A DNA stretch of 64,000 bases from Candidatus Obscuribacterales bacterium (GCA_965228855.1 CBDDIJ010000002.1:416001-480000), one strand, 5' to 3'. Shown: positions 20,469 through 31,577, counted from the first letter of the stretch. Notes: generated by a model from the sequence alone, not told the origin. Numbers and translations: made by a program.

Positions 20469-21596
20469 ATGAAGAAGCGCATAATGTGTGTGTTTGGAAC
20501 GCGTCCCGAAGCTGTCAAGTTGGCTCCGGTGGTTCACGCTTTGAGAGAGTCGGAAAAAGTAGAACCTGTTGTCGTTCTCACAGCCCAACATCGAGAGATG
20601 TTGGACCAGATGCTGAAATGGTTTCAAATCACACCGGACCACGATTTAAACTTGATGCAGCACGGGCAAACCCTCGCGCAACTCACCAGCCGCGTCGTAA
20701 TAAGCGTCGATGAAGTTCTGGAAAAGGTGAAGCCGGATTTGCTTCTCGTGCAAGGCGACACGACAACTGTGATGGCCGCCTCGCTGGCTGCCTTCTATCA
20801 GAAAGTACCGGTCGGTCACGTCGAGGCTGGGCTGCGCACAGCCGATCGCTATAATCCGTTCCCCGAAGAAATGTCGCGCAGACAAACCAGTCAGATAGCC
20901 AGTCTGCACTTTGCACCGACCCAGCTCGCCGTCGACAATTTGAAACGCGAAGGCATCACTGAAAACGTCTTTCTTACCGGCAACACCGTCATCGATGCTT
21001 TGCTTGAAACCTCGCGCAGGCTAGCGGATACCCCGGTCGACACCTCACTTTTCGGCAAGGTAGACTTCGAGAAATTCAAAGTTCTTCTCGTCACCGCGCA
21101 CAGAAGAGAGAACTGGGGTGAGTCCATGGACGAGATAGCAAGAGCGTTACGACAGATCGCAGATGAATTTCCCGACGTTCAAATCCTCTATCCGATTCAC
21201 AAAAATCCTGTCGTCAGGCAGTCAATCGAACCAGTCTTTCAGGGACACGACAGACTGATTACAATAGAGCCACTTGACTATGTTCCGTTCGTCTATGCGA
21301 TGAAACGCAGCTATCTGATTCTCACAGATTCAGGTGGAATTCAGGAGGAAGCGCCGTCGCTTGGCAAACCGGTTCTGGTTATGCGCACGAACACTGAGCG
21401 CCCGGAGGCAGTGAACGCCGGTGCTGCGCGACTGGTCGGAGTCAAATCGGCCGGAATAGTTGAAGGCGCTCGCGCACTTATCGGAACACCTGAGAACTAT
21501 GAAAAAATGGCTTGCGCCATCAATCCATTCGGCGATGGCAGAGCCGCCAGGCGCATAGTTGAAGCCATCGAAGACTTTCTATGTATTAAGAAATAA
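20469..21596 (+). CDS. wecB: UDP-N-acetylglucosamine 2-epimerase (non-hydrolysing)
   Basis: GTRPEAVK, QGDTTT, HVEAGLR, HRREN, TDSGGIQEEAP. Confidence 0.95.
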   Translation: MKKRIMCVFGTRPEAVKLAPVVHALRESEKVEPVVVLTAQHREMLDQMLKWFQITPDHDLNLMQHGQTLAQLTSRVVISVDEVLEKVKPDLLLVQGDTTTVMAASLAAFYQKVPVGHVEAGLRTADRYNPFPEEMSRRQTSQIASLHFAPTQLAVDNLKREGITENVFLTGNTVIDALLETSRRLADTPVDTSLFGKVDFEKFKVLLVTAHRRENWGESMDEIARALRQIADEFPDVQILYPIHKNPVVRQSIEPVFQGHDRLITIEPLDYVPFVYAMKRSYLILTDSGGIQEEAPSLGKPVLVMRTNTERPEAVNAGAARLVGVKSAGIVEGARALIGTPENYEKMACAINPFGDGRAARRIVEAIEDFLCIKK

Positions 21597-21768
21597 CTAC
21601 CACCCTGTTTTTTAGCGTTATGATCAATGCGGTGAGTTTGCTAAATCAAAACCACGAACGTGATCAGTCGCGTCCCCCTTGCCCCTGGGTCGCGCCGAAG
21701 TCCGAAAGCGACCACGCAAAAGAGGGAAGTTAACCCTGGCAAAAACAGGGTCAGCAAGGAGAACAACG

Positions 21769-22944
21769 GTGAGCACCATGATTACAAGTCAGGACGTTTT
21801 ACCATTCGGCGAATTCTTAAACGATGATCACCACGCGATCAGAGAAATGGTGCGCGACTTCGCGACCAAGGAAATTGCGCCGAAGGCCGCAGAAGTAGAC
21901 AAAGAAGCCCGCTTTCCGATCGAAACATTCGCCAAACTTGGCGAACTCGATCTTCTCGGTCTAACTGTTGACCCCGAATATGGTGGCGCCGGGGCAGATT
22001 ATCGCAGCTACGTTATAGCAGTCGAAGAGATCGCAAGAGCTTGCGGAAGCACCGGATTGAGCTACGCGGCCCACTGTTCGCTTGGAACGAATCCGATCAA
22101 GCTGTTCGGAACAGAAGAGCAGAAGAAGAAATATTTGCCCAAACTTGTCTCCGGAGAATGGCTTGGTTGCTGGGCATTGACGGAACCTGGAACAGGATCG
22201 GATGCTGCAGCCCAGAAGACAACCGCTAAGCTTGTTGGCGACCAGTATGTTTTAAACGGCACCAAACAGTTCATCACCAACGCAACTCACGCGAAAGTGA
22301 ACATCATTATGGCGATGACGGATCAGTCGGAAGGCAAGAAAGGAATTTCTTCCTTCATCGTGGACGAAGGCACGCCCGGCTTTTACGTTTCCAAAGTCGA
22401 AAAGAAAATGGGCATGAAGGGCTCGCCGACTGCCAGCTTGACTATGGAAGACTGCAAAATCGGCAAAGGCCAGCTCATCGGCGAGGAAGGGGATGGATAC
22501 CGGCAAGCGCTCACAACGCTCGAAGGCGGACGCCTCTCTATCGCGGCACTCGCTCTCGGCATAAGCCAGGCGGCTTTCGATGCAGCTCTCAGCTACGCGA
22601 ATCAACGCGAATCATTCGGTGTTCCGATTGGCAAACACCAGTTTATTCAAGGCTACCTCGCCGACATGTCGACGCAGATTACCGCTGCCAGACTGCTTCT
22701 CTATCATGCTGCCTGGATGAAGGATCACGGCAAGCGTGTCACTCTCGAAGGCTCGCAAGCAAAGCTATACGCTTCGGAAGTATCTTCAAAAGTAACCAAC
22801 CTGGCCGTGCAAATTCACGGCGGCTACGGATACGTAGAAGACTTCCCGGCAGAGCGCTTCCTTCGCGACGCTAAGCTCTGCGAAATCGGCGAAGGCACTT
22901 CGGAAATCCAACGCCTGGTCATCGCTCGTCAGCTCGGCTTGTAA
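21769..22944 (+). CDS. Acyl-CoA dehydrogenase
   Basis: ALTEPGTGSD, NGTKQFITN, QIHGGYGY, EIGEGTSEIQR; GTG start after AGGAG. Confidence 0.93.
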   Translation: MSTMITSQDVLPFGEFLNDDHHAIREMVRDFATKEIAPKAAEVDKEARFPIETFAKLGELDLLGLTVDPEYGGAGADYRSYVIAVEEIARACGSTGLSYAAHCSLGTNPIKLFGTEEQKKKYLPKLVSGEWLGCWALTEPGTGSDAAAQKTTAKLVGDQYVLNGTKQFITNATHAKVNIIMAMTDQSEGKKGISSFIVDEGTPGFYVSKVEKKMGMKGSPTASLTMEDCKIGKGQLIGEEGDGYRQALTTLEGGRLSIAALALGISQAAFDAALSYANQRESFGVPIGKHQFIQGYLADMSTQITAARLLLYHAAWMKDHGKRVTLEGSQAKLYASEVSSKVTNLAVQIHGGYGYVEDFPAERFLRDAKLCEIGEGTSEIQRLVIARQLGL

Positions 22945-23046
22945 TTTATCGCGCCGAACGGCTCGGAAAATAAACATTAGCGAAGAGACCGCGGCATGGC
23001 CGCGGTCTCTTCGCTTCTGGGTAGAATGAAAACGGGTTGGCAGTTA

Positions 23047-24183
23047 ATGACAAAACGCGCAATTGTCGATAAGCATCTAAAACCGGCATTGCAAGCCGGT
23101 TTCATTGTGCTGTTTGCTTTTAACGGCAATGCCTGTGCCGCACCCCTACATTCGCATGCGGAAAAACAGGCCGCAGTTAAAACTGAAACTGCGAAAGCTG
23201 CTGCGTCAGCTGGAACTCGCGAACCTGAATCAAAATCCAGAGCGATGTTCTATCTGCACCAGGCCCAAGATGCACAAAAACGACAGGACCACGGCGCCGT
23301 GCTGGATTTCTGCAGGAAAGCACTGGACATTGATCCCAAATTCGCTATGGCCTACGCGGTCCGCGCCAGGACTTATATGCACAGAAAGCGCTGGGACAAG
23401 GCAATAGCCGATGCCGACCGCGCGATCAGTTTAGATCCAAAAACATCACTGGCGTATGTCGTGCGCGGCAAGAGTGGCTATCTAAGCGGGCTCGAGTCAA
23501 ACGAGAAAGTGCAGCGAGATTTTGCAGAGGCGGTTCGGATTGACCCGAACGATTCGGACGCCAATTTCTACCTGGGCATAATGTTCACGGTCAGCAAGAA
23601 CTATGAGCTTGCCGTCAAACATTTGACGGTAGCAGCAAAGTACGACCCGTCAAACAAAAACATCTTCCAGTATCGCTCGGCGTGCTACACGTTGATGAAA
23701 AAACCGGATCTGGCGATAGCCGATCTCTCAACAGTGATCCGGATAGACCCCAAGGCTTATGAGGCTTATGCAACGCGCGCGGATGTTTACTCGCGTTTAG
23801 GGAAGAACGAACAGGCAATCGCAGACTGCTCGGAGGCGATTAAGCTCAAGCCCCGCGATTACACCTTGCGAAATCTGCGAGCCTCGCTGCTCATCAAAAT
23901 GGGCAAACATGCCGACGCAATCAAGGACTTCACCGAAGCAATTGCACTCAACCCTCTGGATGAAGACCTGTTCTTGAGGCGAGCGAACTCTTACGCGGCG
24001 CTGAAAGAGTACGAGAAGGCAGTCGCCGACTACTCTGAGTCGATAAGCCTGGAACCGGACTATGAGAGCGCATATCGCCTCAGATCCAAGGTTTACGACT
24101 CGCTGGGTAAACGGGACCTGGCGGCAAAAGACCGCGCCCGAGCCGCCGAACTGAAGAAACTCCCCGCCGAAAAACGGATCTAG
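23047..24183 (+). CDS. Secreted TPR-repeat protein
   Basis: Multiple AIAD.S.AI.L.P TPR units; N-terminal hydrophobic stretch; start uncertain. Confidence 0.85.
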   Translation: MTKRAIVDKHLKPALQAGFIVLFAFNGNACAAPLHSHAEKQAAVKTETAKAAASAGTREPESKSRAMFYLHQAQDAQKRQDHGAVLDFCRKALDIDPKFAMAYAVRARTYMHRKRWDKAIADADRAISLDPKTSLAYVVRGKSGYLSGLESNEKVQRDFAEAVRIDPNDSDANFYLGIMFTVSKNYELAVKHLTVAAKYDPSNKNIFQYRSACYTLMKKPDLAIADLSTVIRIDPKAYEAYATRADVYSRLGKNEQAIADCSEAIKLKPRDYTLRNLRASLLIKMGKHADAIKDFTEAIALNPLDEDLFLRRANSYAALKEYEKAVADYSESISLEPDYESAYRLRSKVYDSLGKRDLAAKDRARAAELKKLPAEKRI

Positions 24184-24195
24184 GCCCAGCCCCCT

Positions 24196-24502
24196 CCCTA
24201 CTACTCCATTTAAAACTGCTAAGCGTCCAAGAACGCCTCCCTACCGAGATCCCTTCCTACTACTCCATATAAAACTGCCAAGCGTCCAAGAACGCCTCCC
24301 TACCGGGATTGCAGGGGACGAGGGAAATTCCACTCCGGAGTTTGGCTATCCTGCATAGACGGATTTTCGAAAATCCGTCTATGCAGCGTAGCCAAAGCCA
24401 GGGTCAAGGCGGCTGCGGTTCCGATTGGAATCGCGCGATGGCTGACCCTGCTGCCCTTCTGAGTCTTAACACGCTCGAAGATTCTAGTACTTCCTATAGT
24501 AG
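24196..24502. repeat. 59-bp tandem duplication, 54-bp palindrome copy 5 and inverted motif
   Basis: CTACTACTCCAT.TAAAACTGC.AAGCGTCCAAGAACGCCTCCCTACCG at 24198 and 24257; palindrome 24342-24395; TATAGTAG 24495-24502. Confidence 0.9.
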
Positions 24503-24519
24503 ACTTGTTCTTAAAGAAA

Positions 24520-24561
24520 AGCGAGGGCGAAGCAGCCTGGGGAGCTGGTTTCGCCCTCGCT
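24520..24561 (-). terminator. Terminator-like hairpin
   Basis: AGCGAGGGCGAA...TTCGCCCTCGCT with T-tract on the minus strand. Confidence 0.65.
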
Positions 24562-24670
24562 GGGTCGGGAGGATTCAGGCATTCGCGAACGCGGCCTGGG
24601 TGGGTTTGGAGCCCGCAAAGTGAATCGCGGGTCTCCAGCTTCTGTTCTCACCACTTGCGTCGTCGCCGGA

Positions 24671-25315
24671 CTAGATGTCCAGAACGATGACGTTTTCCGT
24701 CGGTTGATACTTCTCCGTCAGACAGGCGGCATTGACGAAGGTCGTGCCGTTCTGCTCCGTGACGCCGGCAGAGTGATGGACGTGTCCGAAACAGTGAACC
24801 TTCGGGCGAACCTGAAGGACACGTTCGAGCAGGAACTCATCTCCGAGCGTCGGCCAGAGCGGCGCGCGGTCCAGAATGCCTTTGGGCGGACCGTGCGTCA
24901 CGAGGACATCGACATGGTCAGGAACCTTCTGCCAGACGGCGGCCAGTTCCGGAGAACTGCGCGGCAGGTTGAATGCCCACTTGCGATACTCGGGTTGCCA
25001 CGGACTTCCGTAGATGCGGAGGCCGGCGAGCTCGACGAGTTCATCCTGCAAGTAAACGGCATTGGTAAGCAAAGCACGAGCTTCCGCGTTCATCTGCTCG
25101 AACACGGTTTCGTGATTGCCAGCAACGACAACCTTGAAGCGGTGAGGCAATTCACCGAGCTCCCGGTTGAAATTTGCGACTTGGCTGAGATGTTCAGATG
25201 GCGTTTTTGCCTCCACTCGCATGGTGAAGTCACCGCAGTGGATCAGCATGTCACCGTCCGGCACCTTCACTCTGCCAAGTCTGTTGTGAGTATCGCTCAC
25301 AAAGACCAGTCTCAT
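24671..25315 (-). CDS. Metallophosphoesterase (MPPED/239FB-like)
   Basis: SDTH, HCGD, GNHE, THGPP, FGHVH. Confidence 0.9.
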   Translation of the reverse strand: MRLVFVSDTHNRLGRVKVPDGDMLIHCGDFTMRVEAKTPSEHLSQVANFNRELGELPHRFKVVVAGNHETVFEQMNAEARALLTNAVYLQDELVELAGLRIYGSPWQPEYRKWAFNLPRSSPELAAVWQKVPDHVDVLVTHGPPKGILDRAPLWPTLGDEFLLERVLQVRPKVHCFGHVHHSAGVTEQNGTTFVNAACLTEKYQPTENVIVLDI

Positions 25316-25847
25316 ACGCTATTCGCTCCTCTTGCTTTTAGCCGATGTTATTGAAAGAGGCACAGCGAAGCTACTTCCGATAGCGACGACAAAGACAAGC
25401 CCAAAGCAAAAGCCTGTCGAATGTCATCGCTGCGGGACGTCGCCAGCAAGGCGTATCACAACACACATCACGGCGATGTATGTGTTACCTGCTTTTAGTG
25501 CTGTTGCTGTCTTGGAAACCTGGGTTTAGTTGCTTAGCGAGTTGAAAGAAATATCGATAAAGCGAACCTAGCTCTTATGTGCGTAAGTATCAAGAAACGC
25601 TCTGGACCTAGTATTAAACTTTGGATTAAATCTGGTGAGCGGGGCTTAAGCTGAAATCTTAAACACACACCAGTTCAGCGTTTCGAGCCCAGACTATCGC
25701 TAACTACGCGAACTGTTGGTATTTCGCCTAAAATATACCTCGGTCGAAACCGAACAGCCTTGCATCTAGCGACGTTAGCAGGTCCGCGCGCCCACTTTTC
25801 AACTTTGGATACCCGTAGACTTTTGTGCAATTACCAGGGAGTACAAC

Positions 25848-26597
25848 GTGAACCAGGTAAGCCTTTACGCCATGCCTCTTTTTGCGTTTGTGGCCGCCCT
25901 ATACTCCTCAGTCGGACATGGTGGAGCAACTGGGTATCTGGCGCTAATGTCATTCATGGACATGCCACCGCAGGTGATGTCAACCACGGCGCTTATTTTA
26001 AATCTGCTAACTGCCGGAATCTCATGTTTTGTCTACGCCAGAGCCGGATTTCTGTCAATCAAACTGACTTTTCCGTTCATCCTGGCCTCGATACCCGCAG
26101 CCCTTGTCGGCTCAATGGTGCCGATTAGCGAACGACAATACAGTTGGATGTTGGCGGCAGCCCTGATAGTCACGGCTGCATTACTGATCGGGGCGAAACG
26201 CAAGACTCAGGAGGCGACGTCATTTGCTTCACCTCCGCCGCTTTACCAGGGCGGTCTGGTTGGAGCTACTCTCGGCTTCGTCTCCGGCGCTATCGGCATA
26301 GGCGGAGGTGTTTTCCTCAGTCCGATCATCATTCTCATGCGCTGGGCTGATACGAAGACGACTTCAGCGACCGCGGCTCTATTCATAATCGCAAACTCGA
26401 CATCCGGTCTAGTTGGTCGCACCCTGGCTGGAACCCTGGCGTTCGGAAACGTGCTGCCATTTTTACTGTGCGCATTTGTCGGCGCTGTCGCCGGATCCAT
26501 CTGGGGAGCGAAACTGTCCAGCGCCACGAAACTCAGACTTGCGCTTGCAGTGGTTCTTCTGGTGGCCGCAGTGAAGATGTTTCTCCCAAAATCTTAG
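25848..26597 (+). CDS. Sulfite exporter TauE/SafE family protein
   Basis: SSVGHGGA and GAIGIGGGVFLSP repeats; multi-TM. Confidence 0.85.
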   Translation: MNQVSLYAMPLFAFVAALYSSVGHGGATGYLALMSFMDMPPQVMSTTALILNLLTAGISCFVYARAGFLSIKLTFPFILASIPAALVGSMVPISERQYSWMLAAALIVTAALLIGAKRKTQEATSFASPPPLYQGGLVGATLGFVSGAIGIGGGVFLSPIIILMRWADTKTTSATAALFIIANSTSGLVGRTLAGTLAFGNVLPFLLCAFVGAVAGSIWGAKLSSATKLRLALAVVLLVAAVKMFLPKS

Positions 26598-27127
26598 CAA
26601 TCACCGCATGTAATACCAGCAACATGTTCACAACAGGCTGTTCACCTCGAGTTCACATTGAAGACTGCGCTAACTGAGCAATGTCAGCTTGCACCGAATG
26701 CGCTTCATGACAGCATCGTTTTTTGTTTATTTTTGTCCGGCGCGAGAGGTCTAGATGTCCAATGGCGCCGGCTTTCGACCAGATATTTACATTTGTGAAA
26801 GAACGTTGTTGCGGGAGCTTCATAAAGCTGGAGCTTTGTTCCCGACACCGTAAGTGGTACCACACAGTCACTTCTTCTTTCAATTCCCGGACGTCCCCTG
26901 CACATTTACCAATAGCCAGTTCTGCGCCAATCCAAACACTTTCCTTCCAGCCTGCGGCCGGAAGAATTGTGCGGCGTTCGGTGAATGGCTGAATTGCGAG
27001 ACTGGGGACGTTAAACATCTGGAGAACTGAATGAACGGGTAGTGAGCAGAACCTAAACGCAGCGCAGCTTTCTCGGTACTGACTCGTCGTCAGGCCGGTT
27101 GTGCAACCCTCCATAAGAGACCTCCGC

Positions 27128-27625
27128 ATGAGCACAAGAATCGAAAAAATTATCTACGCATCACGATGGCTGCTCGCGCCGATCTATCTGGGTCTGGCGT
27201 TGGGCTTGCTGTTGTACGGTGTTCGCTTTGTCGCAGAACTCTGGCACCTCGCCCACGATGTTCTGACGGCATCCGATGAAAAAATGCTGTTGTCGGTGCT
27301 GCATCTGATCGAAATCGCCATGCTCGCGAACTTCATGATCATGGTCATAATCGGCGGCTTCGCACTCTTCGTGAAACAGCTAAAGGGCGAAGCCACGCAG
27401 CTGCAGTGGCTCGACCATATCGACCCAGGCGTCTTGAAACTCAAAATGAGTATGTCTTTGCTGGGCGTCTCAAGCGTTCACCTCTTGGAGGCCTTTGTGA
27501 ACGCTGCTTCCGTCACGACGGGGACTCTGGCGAAGCTGCTCGTCATCCATCTGGTTTTCGTCGCATCCACAATGGCAATCGCGTGGGTCAACCGCATCGG
27601 TCGCCGAGAGCCGAACGACCACTAA
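27128..27625 (+). CDS. UPF0114/YqhA (TIGR00645-like) membrane protein
   Basis: SRWLLAPIYLGL, LKLK..S..SSVHLLEAF, IHLVFVAS. Confidence 0.85.
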   Translation: MSTRIEKIIYASRWLLAPIYLGLALGLLLYGVRFVAELWHLAHDVLTASDEKMLLSVLHLIEIAMLANFMIMVIIGGFALFVKQLKGEATQLQWLDHIDPGVLKLKMSMSLLGVSSVHLLEAFVNAASVTTGTLAKLLVIHLVFVASTMAIAWVNRIGRREPNDH

Positions 27626-27660
27626 CGCTTCCTGAACGGGGCGTTTTGAAGTAGTCCCTG

Positions 27661-27708
27661 GAAGGGCTGTAGGTCCGGATATCCGGCTCTGCAGCCCTTC
27701 TTTTTTTT
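27661..27708 (+). terminator. Intrinsic terminator
   Basis: GAAGGGCTG...CAGCCCTTC followed by T8. Confidence 0.75.
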
Positions 27709-27725
27709 CCAGCCCAGCCGCTCAT

Positions 27726-27972
27726 CTACTAAAGTATCTAGTTTCTAAAACAGTCCAAAAGCAGTCATGGCAGCTGGTTTCCACTTTCACGTCCGTCACT
27801 TGCTCCGCATTGGCGGCGTGGCGATGACGCTTTCGGCGAAATTCGTCAATGCCCGATAGACAAGATCTAGTTACAAGCATGCTCGATTGAACGGAGAAAA
27901 CCGGAAAGCATTAGCCCCACAGCTGCGCTGGACTCCGGCGGAGTTCGAAGCCCCCGCTATATTACCTAGTAG
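27726..27972. repeat. CTACTAAA / 54-bp palindrome copy 6 / CCTAGTAG element between convergent units
   Basis: Motif 27726-27733; palindrome 27810-27863 (degenerate left arm, GACG/CGTC, GATAGACAA); inverted motif 27965-27972. Confidence 0.75.
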
Positions 27973-27989
27973 AGATTTCGCAAGGTGAA

Positions 27990-28027
27990 AAGGTCGATGC
28001 CGTCTGGATATCCAGGGCATCGACCTT
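27990..28027 (-). terminator. Terminator-like hairpin
   Basis: AAGGTCGATGCC...GGCATCGACCTT. Confidence 0.65.
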
Positions 28028-28051
28028 CCCGTCTGCAATCAAGCGCAGCCG

Positions 28052-28492
28052 TTACTTCGCCTGCACGGCTTCGAGGAGGCGCTGGAGATCATCGGCCGTG
28101 ACGAGCACGCCAGACGGTCCAGCGACTTCACCCTGCCCATAGACGAAGCAGAAACCAGGCTGCCTGAAGGCACCATGCGCGAACGCGATCGGCAGATTCT
28201 CGACGTGCGAGACGTTGACCGAAACCACTTTCACTTTGCCGGCGGTTTTCCAGGCGAAATCACGAACCTGCTGATTCTGCCGATCCGCCTCGGGAGACCT
28301 GTCGTTCTCCCGATAGAAATAGACGAGCACCGGACGAGAGTCCTTGACCTTGTCGACCTCCTGGTCCCAGGTGACGAGACTCACTTCCGTGACGGTACCA
28401 TGGACCTTGCGGAACTGATTGTCCTGGTAGAAGAAGAAGCCACCGAAAGCCACGGCGGCGGCAAGCACAGCGAATGTGAGAGGACGTTTCAT
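28052..28492 (-). CDS. Membrane-anchored thioredoxin-fold protein lacking CxxC
   Basis: N-terminal TM; WDQEV..RPVLVYFY, VKVVSVNV, QP; no Cys pair. Confidence 0.7.
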   Translation of the reverse strand: MKRPLTFAVLAAAVAFGGFFFYQDNQFRKVHGTVTEVSLVTWDQEVDKVKDSRPVLVYFYRENDRSPEADRQNQQVRDFAWKTAGKVKVVSVNVSHVENLPIAFAHGAFRQPGFCFVYGQGEVAGPSGVLVTADDLQRLLEAVQAK

Positions 28493-28520
28493 GTTTCTGT
28501 TCTCCGGGTAGTTTTCGACC

Positions 28521-29918
28521 CTAACGGGTCAACTTGAGGGGATCGAGCAGTCGCTTCAACTTCGCTTCGGGAATTTTGGTCTCCCGAAGAGCGACTACGA
28601 AAACTGTTTCTCCTGTCTTTGACGCAATCTTGGCGAGTCGCGCCGACTCGTCGTAACCGATTTCGGGCACCAGCGCCGTTACCAGCGCAAGCCCCTTTTC
28701 GACCAACTCGGGACCGCGAGTCGTTGCGGTTATTCCATCGACGCACTTCGCTGCAAAATTGTCGGTAGCATTCGCCAGAATCGAAATGGACTGCAAGAGA
28801 TTGTATGCCACCACGGGCAGCATCACACTCAACTCGAAGTTTTCCGACTGACCAGCAAAAGCGATTGATGCGTCGTTGCCGATCACCTGCACGACCACCT
28901 GACGAAGCGATTCGGCAATCACCGGATTGACCTTGCCGGGCATGATCGAACTGCCAGGCTGCACCTCCGGAATGCTGATCTCTCCAAATCCAGCGCGAGG
29001 TCCACTGCCCATCCAGCGTACATCGTCAGCTATTTTCATGAGGGCGACAGCGCAAACGCGCACCGCACCACTGACAGCGACGACATCATCGATGGTCGAT
29101 TGAGCTCGGAAGTGATTGCGTGCCTCTCGCACGGAGAAGCCGAAATCCTTCGAGAGCAGCTTGCAGACGCCGGGTGCGAACTGCGGATGAGCATTGAGAC
29201 CAGTACCGACAGCGGTGCCACCAAGAGCTACCCGAGAGAGAGAACGGCTTGTGGACTTCAGATGCTTAATAGCCTCGCCGACCTGAGCGGCGTACCCACC
29301 AAACACCTGACCGAGCGTGACCGGCGTGGCATCCTGAAGATGCGTGCGACCGGTTTTCACAACTGAGCGAAACTGTTTCGACTTCGTCTTCAGGCTCTTC
29401 TCGAGACGAGTCAGAGCCGGAATCAGTCGCGCCAGAATCAGTTCGTAGGCACTCAGGTGAATGGCTGTCGGAATCACATCGTTGGACGATTGACCGAGGT
29501 TGACGTGATCGTTGGGATGCACAAGATCGCGGCTATCGGCGTGACCGAGAATCTCGCGCGCGCGACGTGCCACCACCTCGTTGATGTTCATATTGGTCGA
29601 CGTACCGGAGCCGGTCTGGAACACATCCACGACCATGTCTCTGTCGAAACGCCCCACCAACACTTCTTCAAGCGCAAGCTCGATTGCCTCGGCGATCTCG
29701 TGGTCGAGGAGTCCCAAGCGGTAATTGGTTTTGCACGCCGCGAGCTTGATGCGCGCGAGCGTCCGGTTGAACTCCGCTTGCAATCGCAGATCGCTGATTG
29801 GGAAATTCTCGACTGCACGCTGCGTACTGGCACCGTAATAAGCATCTGCTGGAACCAGGACGGTCCCCATAGAATCGCGCTCTTCGCGCTTCCCTTGCGG
29901 GGTTGGATGTTCCTGCAT
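28521..29918 (-). CDS. fumC: Class II fumarate hydratase
   Basis: QTGSGTSTNMN, GQSSND, GRTHLQDA, GSSIMPGKVNP. Confidence 0.93.
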   Translation of the reverse strand: MQEHPTPQGKREERDSMGTVLVPADAYYGASTQRAVENFPISDLRLQAEFNRTLARIKLAACKTNYRLGLLDHEIAEAIELALEEVLVGRFDRDMVVDVFQTGSGTSTNMNINEVVARRAREILGHADSRDLVHPNDHVNLGQSSNDVIPTAIHLSAYELILARLIPALTRLEKSLKTKSKQFRSVVKTGRTHLQDATPVTLGQVFGGYAAQVGEAIKHLKSTSRSLSRVALGGTAVGTGLNAHPQFAPGVCKLLSKDFGFSVREARNHFRAQSTIDDVVAVSGAVRVCAVALMKIADDVRWMGSGPRAGFGEISIPEVQPGSSIMPGKVNPVIAESLRQVVVQVIGNDASIAFAGQSENFELSVMLPVVAYNLLQSISILANATDNFAAKCVDGITATTRGPELVEKGLALVTALVPEIGYDESARLAKIASKTGETVFVVALRETKIPEAKLKRLLDPLKLTR

Positions 29919-30324
29919 CGGATTGTTTCTCCTGCTTCAGTTACAGGTTCGAACGGCACAGAGAGCGCTGAGCAGCAGCATCTCGATGCCGAACAAAAGA
30001 AGAGCTCTCGGGAACCAGCCTTAACAGCCGGTTCTCAGAGGATAAATTAGTCGCGGGATATGAATTTGGTTGGCAGTAAAGTTAAAACGTCAAAGAAAAG
30101 TGCACTAGAACTTAGCTCCTTCTATTGATGTAGATCAATGAAGCCCCGCTTGTCATGTGGTTAAACATTGACAAGGTCCGTCTTGATTCAACACGCATTC
30201 GCCGCGTGACATCGTCAATTGTTTGGTGAGAGGCAGGCCGCTAGGTTAATATCTAGAAACCGACAGGCACAGCTGCACCACCTCGCGAAGCCATGCTCAA
30301 CCTGTAGAAAGCTAGTCGACACCG

Positions 30325-31572
30325 ATGACAAAGGCAACCACCGAATCGAAGACTAAACGATATCGACTCAAGTCGATGGTACTGGCACGAATTCTTGCCG
30401 AAATATCAGTGCTATTGATACTTGTTACGCTTCCTGCGATTCTCGCCTTCACCGGTCATTTTCAGTCTTCGCCGATGACCGCGAAATTCTTAGTCCTCGC
30501 TCTGTCGCTCATATCGGGTCTCATTCTGCCGGCGTACGCGTTTATCACATTCATGGTCGCCGTCGATAAACACGGCGTCACTGCAATGTCTCTGGCAAAT
30601 CATCAGCGTTGCGAGTTCCATCAGATGAGACGATTATCGCGTCGCAGCAACTGGAACTGGGTTCGATATGTCGTCGAACATCAGCATGGGGAGTTGAGCT
30701 TCCCAATTTGGCTCGTCAATTGCGACGAACTCCTCGAGACTATAAAGAAACAGCTTCCAGCCGGAAACGGCTTACCAAACCCGTTTCGCAAGTTCTCGCA
30801 GGACAAGATCTCGTTGCTGTTCCAATGCATGCAGGCTTTGCTGGGAATCGGACTCGTGGTCGTATTCTGGATCTTTTTCAAAGAACTGACCGGAGAGAAA
30901 TTTACAAATCAAACAGATCTGGTAATCGTGCTCGGCTTCTGCGTGGTCATAACCCTGATATTTACCTGGCGCAGCATCGTCGTCTTTCTAATTCCTAAAA
31001 GCATCGAGCTCACGCCAAGCGGTATCATAATTGATACCATGGCTTTTTCGAGAAAAGTCGGCTGGCAAAATGTTTTGAGTTTAAAACCCGCTGTGCCACT
31101 TCTTCCTGAAGGCTTTATGCTGAAAACCGCACGAGGTTCATTTCTAATCGGAAATGGAATGGACGCTGCAGACGAATTGGTTTCGGCGATTCAAAGTAAA
31201 CTGCCACCAGATCCAAAACTGCTGACAGCGCCAGAAAGGTCCGCGGCCAAACCGGCACCACCAGCCCCTTTGAACCTGTCCGCGAACGAGCGGAACCAGA
31301 TAGACCTTTACGAAGAAACCTCATTAGAGGAATCAAGCGAGGAAACTTTGCTCGCTACAACCAGTGAAGAGGCACCCGAGAACGGCGATTCAGCCGATGA
31401 GACGAAAGCGGTTCAGGATACCGAAGTGACAACGGCTAGTACTGAACCGGAAGCGGCCGACTCCAATTCGAAAAAGTCACCCTCCGAAACCAGCAGCCCG
31501 AGCGAGAAAATAACGTCCGGCAAAAAAGCGGATCGCAAATTTCGAAAACGCAAAAACAAGAAGAAACCGTAA
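30325..31572 (+). CDS. Hypothetical membrane protein with charged C-terminal tail
   Basis: Two TM-hairpin plus soluble-domain modules, then a low-complexity tail. Confidence 0.75.
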   Translation: MTKATTESKTKRYRLKSMVLARILAEISVLLILVTLPAILAFTGHFQSSPMTAKFLVLALSLISGLILPAYAFITFMVAVDKHGVTAMSLANHQRCEFHQMRRLSRRSNWNWVRYVVEHQHGELSFPIWLVNCDELLETIKKQLPAGNGLPNPFRKFSQDKISLLFQCMQALLGIGLVVVFWIFFKELTGEKFTNQTDLVIVLGFCVVITLIFTWRSIVVFLIPKSIELTPSGIIIDTMAFSRKVGWQNVLSLKPAVPLLPEGFMLKTARGSFLIGNGMDAADELVSAIQSKLPPDPKLLTAPERSAAKPAPPAPLNLSANERNQIDLYEETSLEESSEETLLATTSEEAPENGDSADETKAVQDTEVTTASTEPEAADSNSKKSPSETSSPSEKITSGKKADRKFRKRKNKKKP

Positions 31573-31577
31573 TAGCG

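Noticed and set aside
26653..27135. 160-aa minus-strand ORF between tauE and yqhA
   Set aside because: No motifs, and it overlaps the probable leader of the yqhA-like gene; treated as non-coding.
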